Shown in pieces: positions 23,815 to 30,878 of a DNA stretch of 38,879 nt (position 1 is the stretch's first letter; each line of letters opens with the position of its first letter). The stretch is from Myxococcota bacterium (GTDB lineage: Bacteria > Myxococcota_A > UBA796 > SXON01), in the NCBI GenBank assembly GCA_964202365.1, contig CAXNIN010000002.1, positions 1-38,879 of the forward strand. Direction: 5' to 3'. Under the pieces are notes generated by a model. It was not told the origin of the DNA, searched no databases, and saw only the letters and a program-made list of their open reading frames with translations. The translations under genes were made by a program, and so were the position numbers.

Positions 23815-25077
23815 ATGTCTCTGCTCTGGATGTTCGCCTGCTCGGACCGGGGCTTCACCCTCGTGCGCGAGGAGCCTCTCGCGCCCGAGCCCGACATCCA
23901 GGTGGAGCCGCTCGAGGTAGCGTTCGACCCTGTCGCGGTCGGGTGCGTGAGCGAGCGGCCGATCACCATCACCAACGTGGGGCGTGGGCCGCTCGATGTC
24001 GAGAGCGTGTGGGTGAAGGGCTTCGACGAGACCGTCAACGACTACGGCGTGGAGTCCCTCGAAGGCACCGTGCTTCCCGGGGAAACCGAGACGGTCTTCC
24101 TCCGGTTCGAGCCGAGCTTCGTGTGGGACACCGCCGTCGACCTCGTGGTCACCTCCGACGACCCGGACGAGGCCGAGGTGCGGCTCCCCGTCTCGGGCGG
24201 GAGCTTCGACCCCACGTGGAACCTCGACGTGTTCGACCAGGCGCCGGACGCCATCGACGTGCTCTGGGTCATCGACAACTCCGGGTCGATGTACCAGGAA
24301 CGCGACAGGGTGAAACGCGAGATCCAGGAGTTCTTCCAGTGGTTTGAAGCACTCGATCTCGACTACCACATGGGTGTCATCACGACGGACGTGCTCAACC
24401 CGATCTACGCGGGGCAGCTCGTCGGAACGCCCACCTTCGTGACACGGGACACCCCGGACGCACAGGCCTCGCTCGGGCTCGCCATCACGTCCGACGGCCT
24501 CGAGATGGGCGACGAAGCCGGCCTCCAGGCGATGGAGCTCGCGCTCTCCGAGCCGCTGCGCTCGGGGGTGAACGAGGGGTTCTACCGGGAAGACGCGCGC
24601 CTCGTCGTCATCTTCCTCACCGACGAGGACGACCAGTCCGCCCCCGCCGCGTCCGAGTACGTGCGCTTCCTCGAAGACCTCAAGGGGGGCCGGGAGGACA
24701 TCTTCGTGGCGGCCATCGTCGGCGACCGCGACGAGGGGTGCGAGGGAGAGTGTACGGACGGTAAGCAGGAGGCCAAGGGCGGGGACAAGTACCTCGATGT
24801 CGCCGAGGCCTTCTCCGGGTTCGACGAGAGCATCTGCACATGCGACCTCGCCCCGGCGATGGAGCGGATGGGCATTGAGAGCACCTACTACGTTCGGACG
24901 TTCACGCTCTCGCGCACGCCCGGCGAGCCGTCGATGCTCACGGTGTGGGTGAACGGCGTCGAGGCGGGCGGGTGGCGCTACGAGCCCGCGCCCAACGCGA
25001 TCGTGTTCGACGAGGCGCCCGCGCGCGGGGCGGAGATCGTCGCGCGGTACCCGGTCGAGGACCCCTGCGGCGAGTGA
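23815..25077 (+). CDS. lipoprotein with beta-sandwich (ASH/choice-of-anchor-D-like) N-domain and VWA domain, paralog 2
   Basis: 420-aa ORF. ATG 23815 is the only in-frame start (leader MSLLWMFAC). MIDAS motif DNSGS, plus ITTD and FLTDE. Shares long motifs with paralog 1: [44 protein letters not shown]. Confidence 0.85.
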   Translation: MSLLWMFACSDRGFTLVREEPLAPEPDIQVEPLEVAFDPVAVGCVSERPITITNVGRGPLDVESVWVKGFDETVNDYGVESLEGTVLPGETETVFLRFEPSFVWDTAVDLVVTSDDPDEAEVRLPVSGGSFDPTWNLDVFDQAPDAIDVLWVIDNSGSMYQERDRVKREIQEFFQWFEALDLDYHMGVITTDVLNPIYAGQLVGTPTFVTRDTPDAQASLGLAITSDGLEMGDEAGLQAMELALSEPLRSGVNEGFYREDARLVVIFLTDEDDQSAPAASEYVRFLEDLKGGREDIFVAAIVGDRDEGCEGECTDGKQEAKGGDKYLDVAEAFSGFDESICTCDLAPAMERMGIESTYYVRTFTLSRTPGEPSMLTVWVNGVEAGGWRYEPAPNAIVFDEAPARGAEIVARYPVEDPCGE

Positions 25078-25078
25078 G

Positions 25079-26371
25079 TCAGCCCGCCAGCGCGGTGCCG
25101 AGACGGTCGACCGCGGCGCGGAGCTGATCGGGCGACACGGCGCCCACGCTCATCCGGAACCAGCCGTCGTTGCCGTCCCGGTCGAACGCCTGGAACGGTA
25201 CGACGGCCACCCCCGCGCGATGCAGGAGGAACCGGCGAATGTCCTCGTTCGTCTTCATCGGGGCGCCGTCGACGCCCGGGCGGCCGAGCAGGCGATCGAA
25301 GCACACGGAGAGGTAGATCGCGCCCTCGGGCACGAGGTGATCGACCCCGAGGCGCGTCAGCCCTTCGTCCAGGATGCCGAGGCGCTCCGCGAGGGCCCCG
25401 CGGAAGGTCGCGCCGAAGGCGGCCATCGCGGCGTCGTCCGCGAGGAGCGCGGCGGTGCCGGCCTGCTCGGGCTTCGGCGCCCACGCGCCCACGTGCCCGA
25501 TGAAGGCCTTCATGCGCTCCGCGAGGAGCGGCGGGAGGACAGCCCAGCCCACGCGCAGGCCGGTGGCCGCGAAGGCCTTCGACACGGCGTCGATCGTCAC
25601 CACGTAGGGGGTCACCTCGGGCACGAGCGCCGCGGGGTGGGCGTGCCGCGCATCGCCAAAGGTGAGGGTCCAGTACACCTGGTCGAACATCCACATCAGG
25701 GGCTTCTCGCCCGTGACGGCGCGGCGGGCGTTCTCCGCCACGATCGCGCGGGCGATCTCGGCGAGGCGCGCGGGCGCGATCACCGTGCCCGTCGGGTTCA
25801 GCGGCGAGTTCAGCGTGAACAGACGCGCGGTGGCGAGGTGCGGGGCGAGCTCTTCCACGGTCGGGAAGAAGCCGTTCTCGGCCTTCGTCGGGAGCGCGAC
25901 CACGTTCGCGTCGGTTAGCTGCGCGTAGTACCCGTTGTTCCAGCTCGGAACGGCGAACACGAGCGTCTCGCCCGGCTCCAGGAAGAGGCGATACGTCGCG
26001 TACATCACGGGGCGCGCGCCGCTCGCCACCACCACCCAGTCCGGCGAGATCTCGAGGCCGAGCGCCCGACGGTACCAGCCGCAGATGGCCGCCCGCAGCT
26101 CGGGAATGCCCTCCGAAGGCGGGTAGTTGGTCTGGAAGGAGTCGTACGCCGCCACCGTCGCGTCCCGCAGGGCGCTGGGGATCGGGAACTGCTTGGGATC
26201 GAAGTCGCCAACCGTGAGGTTGCACACCGGCAACCCCGAAGCCGCGAGCGCGCGGACCTCGGCCGCGATCCCGAGGATCAGCGAGCCCTGCATCTCCCGT
26301 GCGGTGCGAGTGAGGGCGGCGGCGCCGCGGGCGGCGGCTTCGGGCGAGAGGTGGTCGGCGAGGCGCGTCAT
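25079..26371 (-). CDS. pyridoxal phosphate-dependent aminotransferase (class I/II)
   Basis: Track ORF is 25079..26551; start taken at ATG 26371 (MTRLADHLSPEAA...). Motifs NSPLNPTG and the PLP-lysine context SKAFAATGLRVGW. Confidence 0.9.
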   Translation of the reverse strand: MTRLADHLSPEAAARGAAALTRTAREMQGSLILGIAAEVRALAASGLPVCNLTVGDFDPKQFPIPSALRDATVAAYDSFQTNYPPSEGIPELRAAICGWYRRALGLEISPDWVVVASGARPVMYATYRLFLEPGETLVFAVPSWNNGYYAQLTDANVVALPTKAENGFFPTVEELAPHLATARLFTLNSPLNPTGTVIAPARLAEIARAIVAENARRAVTGEKPLMWMFDQVYWTLTFGDARHAHPAALVPEVTPYVVTIDAVSKAFAATGLRVGWAVLPPLLAERMKAFIGHVGAWAPKPEQAGTAALLADDAAMAAFGATFRGALAERLGILDEGLTRLGVDHLVPEGAIYLSVCFDRLLGRPGVDGAPMKTNEDIRRFLLHRAGVAVVPFQAFDRDGNDGWFRMSVGAVSPDQLRAAVDRLGTALAG

Positions 26372-26459
26372 GCGCGCCGCCTTAACCCCGGCCCCGAGCG
26401 CGGGCGGGCGCGGCGCGGCGACAAGGTACGGTTTCTCCGAGCGCGCGGGCCGTCCGACC

Positions 26460-27656
26460 TCAGGCGATGCCCACCCGCCACACCCGCTCCCGTCCTCCAA
26501 TCCAGATGGCGCCCGGCACGGCCGCGAGCGACCAGGGCCGCTCCAGCGCAACCTCGACGCGCTCCAGCACGCCGTCCACCAGCACGAAGAGCCGCCCTTC
26601 GGCGAGCGCCCAGAGGCGCCCCTCGGGGGCTACCGCGAGGGCGGTCGGCTCGGGGGTCTGGGTGGTCCAGGACGCCCCGTCGAAGCGGTGGAGCGCGCCG
26701 AGCGCCGAGACCCAGAGCGCACCCTCCGCAAACGCGAGGTGCCGCACCGGGCGCGGCTTGTGGTCCGCGAACTTCCGGATCGGGCCTCCGCCGTCGACCA
26801 CGTGGATCTCGCCGGACCGCGTCCCCGCGTACACCACGCCCGCGGAGTCCGCCGCGAGGCTGAGCGCATCGAGCGGCCCGTCGCCGCCCTCGAAGCGCGA
26901 ACGGTAGCCCGCGTAGATCCGTCCGTTGGCGGCGAGCAGGGCGTTCAGGTCGTCGAAGCCGTCCTCGAGATCGGGGCCGTGCCGGCGCGAGGTCACGCGC
27001 GCGGCGAAGTCCCACACGTACAACGTCTGGCTCGTCGCGATGTGGAGGTGCCGCTGGTGCACCGCCATCGCCTCCACGCGGCGCGCCTCCCGGCGGGAGC
27101 CCTTCGGCCACGGAAAGGGCGTGAACGTGCCGCCCTTCTCGAGGGTGAGTCCGTAGTCGGAGCCGAGCGCCACGCCGCCCGGGATGGGCTCCACGCAGCG
27201 CACGGTCGCCACCTCGACGTCGCCGATCTCGAGCGTGCTCCACGAGCGCACTTCGCGCACGGACGCCGGCCGGGTGGGCCGGGACTGCCAGCGCAGCCAG
27301 GTGCGGGCGGGGTCGTCGACAGGCACCGCGCGCGCCTTCGGCCCGGGCGGGCGCCCGGCGAAGAGCCCGGCGAGCGCGGAATCGGGCGTCGGGCGCGCGG
27401 CGTCGGCCGCGAGGAGCACGGCGTCAGCCGCGTCCGCGGAGACGGCGTCGCCGGTGGTGCCGCCGACAGCCCCGTCGGCGCCGATCAGGGCGGCCCGGAG
27501 GTGAAACGGATCGGGGTTGCCCATCCGCGCCGCGATTCGCGCGCGCGCAAGCCCGAGCCCGGCTTCGTCGAGCGTCTCCAGCACGGCCGGGGCGGGGCCG
27601 GACGGCACCGCGAAGCGCGTCGCGACGCGCGCGCCTGCTACGAGGGCGTCCCCCAT
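26460..27656 (-). CDS. hypothetical protein with beta-propeller-like (Reg_prop-like) repeats
   Basis: Track ORF is 26460..28199. Start taken at ATG 27656 (MGDALVAG...), which overlaps the upstream stop (TGATG). GC3 is high from that point onward. C-terminal repeats of the type ALWVSALGALHRFDG, RLWALAEGRLFVLVDG, AIWIGGRERVWRV. No signal peptide seen. Confidence 0.6.
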   Translation of the reverse strand: MGDALVAGARVATRFAVPSGPAPAVLETLDEAGLGLARARIAARMGNPDPFHLRAALIGADGAVGGTTGDAVSADAADAVLLAADAARPTPDSALAGLFAGRPPGPKARAVPVDDPARTWLRWQSRPTRPASVREVRSWSTLEIGDVEVATVRCVEPIPGGVALGSDYGLTLEKGGTFTPFPWPKGSRREARRVEAMAVHQRHLHIATSQTLYVWDFAARVTSRRHGPDLEDGFDDLNALLAANGRIYAGYRSRFEGGDGPLDALSLAADSAGVVYAGTRSGEIHVVDGGGPIRKFADHKPRPVRHLAFAEGALWVSALGALHRFDGASWTTQTPEPTALAVAPEGRLWALAEGRLFVLVDGVLERVEVALERPWSLAAVPGAIWIGGRERVWRVGIA

Positions 27657-28123
27657 CAGGGGGTGCCGGTGTCGCCGCCGGTGTCGCCCGTATCGTCGGG
27701 GGGCACGTAGCCTTCGGGCCACGCGGCGAGCGGGATGATGAGGTTCGCGTTGTCGGGGTCGCTCGTGCGCAAACGAAGCTGGCCTTCCGACGGCTCCGCC
27801 ACGTCGAGATCGGCCACGACGGAGTAGGACGCGGTCTGCTCGGGCGCGAGCTCGATGTCCTCCACATCGTCGAAGTAGAACACCTCGTCCGGGTTGGCGA
27901 CGAGGCGGATCTCGTAGATCCGAAGGTTCGACGTTCCAACGCTCGTGACGGTGAAGCTCTCGCTCTTCGAGAAGCCCACGACGATGTCGGCCACGACGAT
28001 CTCGGTCTTGTCGACCGTGAGGCGCCCGTCTCCGTTGACGGCCTCGTTGTCGCCGCTCCCGTTCGTGAGCGTGGTGTCCGGCGCGCCGCACGCGGCGAGC
28101 ATCAGGAGCGCAACGATTCGCAT
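27656..28123 (-). CDS. small lipoprotein with beta-sandwich (ASH/choice-of-anchor-D-like) domain
   Basis: Track ORF is 27656..28189; start taken at ATG 28123 (MRIVALLMLAACG lipobox) with GGAGGAAGAG immediately upstream. The domain pattern FSKSESFTVTSVGTSNLRI ... LRLRTSDPDN resembles the N-domains of the two VWA lipoproteins. Confidence 0.7.
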   Translation of the reverse strand: MRIVALLMLAACGAPDTTLTNGSGDNEAVNGDGRLTVDKTEIVVADIVVGFSKSESFTVTSVGTSNLRIYEIRLVANPDEVFYFDDVEDIELAPEQTASYSVVADLDVAEPSEGQLRLRTSDPDNANLIIPLAAWPEGYVPPDDTGDTGGDTGTP

Positions 28124-28168
28124 CTCTTCCTCCGGTCGGGCAGTGTAGATGATTCGCGGAGCAGGTGC

Positions 28169-28600
28169 ATGGCGTCGGTTGGGTACCACGACAAGGCATT
28201 CCCCCGACGCGTGCGGGTCTGCATCGAGGTTCCCCGCCTAAGCTTCGTCAAACGGGGCGGTGCGCGCATCGAGTATGTGTCCCCGCTTCCGTGTCCGTTC
28301 AACTACGGGTCGGTGCCCGACACGCTCGCCCCCGACGGGGATCCGCTCGACGCCGTCGTCCTCGGGCCCCGCCTCGCCGTGGGCGCGAACGTCGACGTCG
28401 ACGTACACGCGGTCGTGCGCTTCGTCGACGACGGCGCGGTCGACGACAAGCTCGTGTGCGGTCCGGCGCCCAGCGCGGCGGACATCCGGCGGCTCACGCG
28501 GTTCTTCCGCGTGTACGCCGTCGCCCGCGGTTGGATGAACCGGGCCCGCGGGCGCGCGGGCGTTACCCGCTTCGACGGCGTGGAGCGGCTCCCCCTCTGA
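28169..28600 (+). CDS. short inorganic pyrophosphatase-like protein (family I PPase fold, truncated)
   Basis: 143-aa ORF with GGAG 7 nt upstream. PPase family I motifs FNYGSVPDTLAPDGDPLDAVVL and FVDDGAVDDKLV are present, but the protein is about 30 aa shorter than E. coli PPase and diverges at the N- and C-terminal ends. Confidence 0.7.
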   Translation: MASVGYHDKAFPRRVRVCIEVPRLSFVKRGGARIEYVSPLPCPFNYGSVPDTLAPDGDPLDAVVLGPRLAVGANVDVDVHAVVRFVDDGAVDDKLVCGPAPSAADIRRLTRFFRVYAVARGWMNRARGRAGVTRFDGVERLPL

Positions 28601-28642
28601 TAGAGTCACGGGAATGCGCCCGCTCTCTCGCCCCGCAGCCCC

Positions 28643-30397
28643 GTGACCGAGCGCGCCGCCTCCACATCGCCGACGCCGGGCCGCGTCGCGGTCGTGCTGC
28701 TCGCAGTCGCGCTCGCCGCGGTGGTCGCCTGGATGCACGCCCCGCTCTTCGCGTCGGGCGGCGTGCTCGGCGCCCCGGGCACCGACGTCGTCCGCGCCGC
28801 CTGGGGCCTCGACCACCAGGTGCGCGCGCTCCCCGGCCTCCCCTTCTGGACCGACCGCATCGGGTTCCCCGAGGGCGTGAAGATCATCGTGCTCCCGATG
28901 GTCTCCACCCTCTTCGGCGCGCCGCTCCACGTGCTGCTCGGCCCCATCGCGGGCTACGACGCCTGGGTGCTCACGCTCCTGTGGGCGTCGGGCTTCTGCA
29001 CCGCGCTCCTGGTGCGGGCGATGAGCGGCTCGTCCGCCGCGGGCCTGCTCGCCGGCGTCGCGATCGTGGTCCAACCCATGATCCTCCTCGCGATTACGGA
29101 CGGCACCCCCGAATACGTCGCCCTCTGGCCGCTGCCCGCCGCGCTCCTCCTCACCTGGGCCGCGCGGCGCGAGGCGGGGCTGGGCCTCCCCATCGCCGCG
29201 GGCCTCTCGTGGGCCATCGTGGCGCTCGACAGCCCGTACCACGCCGTCTTCGCGCTGCCGTTCGTGCCCATCGCCCTGTGGGGCTACTCCCGTCGTAACT
29301 TCCTCGTGCTCTGCACGGCCGGCGTGCTCGGTGGGGTCGCGGTGATCGGCGCCTACGTCGGCCTCCCGGTCGGCGATGTCGAGGATCAACGCCGCGGGAC
29401 GAACGCGGTGCAGCTCTTCGTCTGGAACCAGTGGGAGACCGGAAACGTCGGCAAGCCGTGGGACTACACGCTGGCCCCGAGCTTCATCCCGGTCGCGACG
29501 GTAGTGGGCGCGCTCGCGCTCGCGGCCCTCCGCCCGGTGCGAACCCTCCCCTGGCTGATCGTCGGGGTTCTCTGCGTGACGTTCGCGATCGGCGACAACC
29601 CCGAGAACGCGCTCTGGCTCGAGCGCGCGCACGGGCCCACGGCGGGGAGCGTCGGGCGCGCCGTCGTGGCGTTCAACGAAACGGTGCACGTGCCCGTCGT
29701 GCGGTTTCCGCGCCGGTGGCTCGTGCCGGCCGCGCTCGCCCTCTCCGCGGCCGCCGGCATCGGGCTGTCGCGGCTCCCGTGGGAGTGGCTCCGGCTCGGC
29801 ATCGCTGTCCCCGCCGCCGTCGCGGTGCTGGTCCACACGCTCGCGCTCACCGGCTACCGGCGCGCCCTGCCCACGTTCCCCACGCCCAACGCGGCTTTCG
29901 CCACCTTCATCGGGGAACACCCGGCCTCGGGGGCCTTGCTCGCGCTCCCGACCATCCGCGCGGCGAACACGATCGCTACACGACGCGAGGACATCCCCAT
30001 CTGGGCAAACCTCGACGGCGCGATCCGCAGCGCCGACCAGATCTGGATTCAGCTCGCCACCGGGCGCGCGAACGTCTACGTGCCGCACGGGATGCGCACG
30101 ATGGAGCGGCGCACGGCGCGCGAGCGGGAGCTCGAAACGCTGCTCCGCGACCTCGACGACCTCACGCTGCCGCAAACCACCGGGCGGGCAATCCCCCCGT
30201 CCGCCACGCAGGAGCCACCGCGCCGGGCGCTCGCCGCGGGCCGCCTCGTTGACAGCGGGCTGGCGTTCGTCGCGCTCGACGCCGCGTTGTACGGACCCGA
30301 AGGTTTGGCGCTGGCCAAGGCGCCGTTCGCCGACCGCATCGTCGAAGAACGAACGTTCGAAGACGGCACCGGCGTGGTGGTCTGGGTGGTCGAGTAA
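28643..30397 (+). CDS. large polytopic membrane protein (possible GT-C-like glycosyltransferase), unknown family
   Basis: 584-aa ORF with a GTG start. More than 10 hydrophobic helices over about 420 aa, then a soluble C-terminal domain of about 160 aa. The family assignment is a guess from architecture only. Confidence 0.65.
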   Translation: MTERAASTSPTPGRVAVVLLAVALAAVVAWMHAPLFASGGVLGAPGTDVVRAAWGLDHQVRALPGLPFWTDRIGFPEGVKIIVLPMVSTLFGAPLHVLLGPIAGYDAWVLTLLWASGFCTALLVRAMSGSSAAGLLAGVAIVVQPMILLAITDGTPEYVALWPLPAALLLTWAARREAGLGLPIAAGLSWAIVALDSPYHAVFALPFVPIALWGYSRRNFLVLCTAGVLGGVAVIGAYVGLPVGDVEDQRRGTNAVQLFVWNQWETGNVGKPWDYTLAPSFIPVATVVGALALAALRPVRTLPWLIVGVLCVTFAIGDNPENALWLERAHGPTAGSVGRAVVAFNETVHVPVVRFPRRWLVPAALALSAAAGIGLSRLPWEWLRLGIAVPAAVAVLVHTLALTGYRRALPTFPTPNAAFATFIGEHPASGALLALPTIRAANTIATRREDIPIWANLDGAIRSADQIWIQLATGRANVYVPHGMRTMERRTARERELETLLRDLDDLTLPQTTGRAIPPSATQEPPRRALAAGRLVDSGLAFVALDAALYGPEGLALAKAPFADRIVEERTFEDGTGVVVWVVE

Positions 30398-30465
30398 CCA
30401 GCCGCTCCCGACGCCCCCAGCGGCTCGCGACGGTCCGCGGCCACCGGGAGGTCGGCGCCCGGCCC

Positions 30466-30756
30466 CTACTTCTTCGGCGCGTCGAAATTACGGCGGTTCA
30501 TCCAGTCCTGGAAGCCGTCGCCCATGTTCGAGCCGGCCCAGTTGCGGGTGATGCGGGCCACGAGGATGCGGTCCTGCCCGGCGACCACGTGGGGCTTGAG
30601 CAGATCGCGGATCTGCGAGGCGTTGAAGCGACTCTCCACGATCCACTGGCCTTTCAGGCGGTTGGACCAGTTGCCGAGGGCCTTGAGCGCGCGCTCGAGC
30701 TCCGGGTAGTCGGAGGCGGGGCGGCCGTTCAGCTCGAGCAGAATGAGGAACATCAT
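30466..30756 (-). CDS. hypothetical small protein (96 aa)
   Basis: Track ORF is 30466..30795; I prefer ATG 30756 (MMFLILLELNGRPASDYPELERALKALGNW...). High GC3. Alternating beta/alpha propensity. No family recognised. Confidence 0.5.
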   Translation of the reverse strand: MMFLILLELNGRPASDYPELERALKALGNWSNRLKGQWIVESRFNASQIRDLLKPHVVAGQDRILVARITRNWAGSNMGDGFQDWMNRRNFDAPKK

Positions 30757-30878
30757 GGGGTGCGTGATCTCCGGGCGACTCCTTATGAGGCGCACCCGAG
30801 GCGCACAACCGCTCGTTCGGACAGCGCGCCGGGCGAGCCCGCGCTCGCGTGGCCGTCGTCTATGTTAGGCGCGGCGTC

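Noticed and set aside
28169-28600. Calling this gene the housekeeping inorganic pyrophosphatase ppa
   Set aside because: It is about 30 residues shorter than canonical family-I PPases and diverges at the N- and C-terminal ends. I describe it only as PPase-like.
30466-30756. Cas2/VapD identity for the 96-aa protein, implying a CRISPR or toxin-antitoxin locus
   Set aside because: The resemblance is only a secondary-structure-like pattern. There is no catalytic Asp in the canonical position after strand 1, and no CRISPR repeats, cas1 or antitoxin partner nearby.
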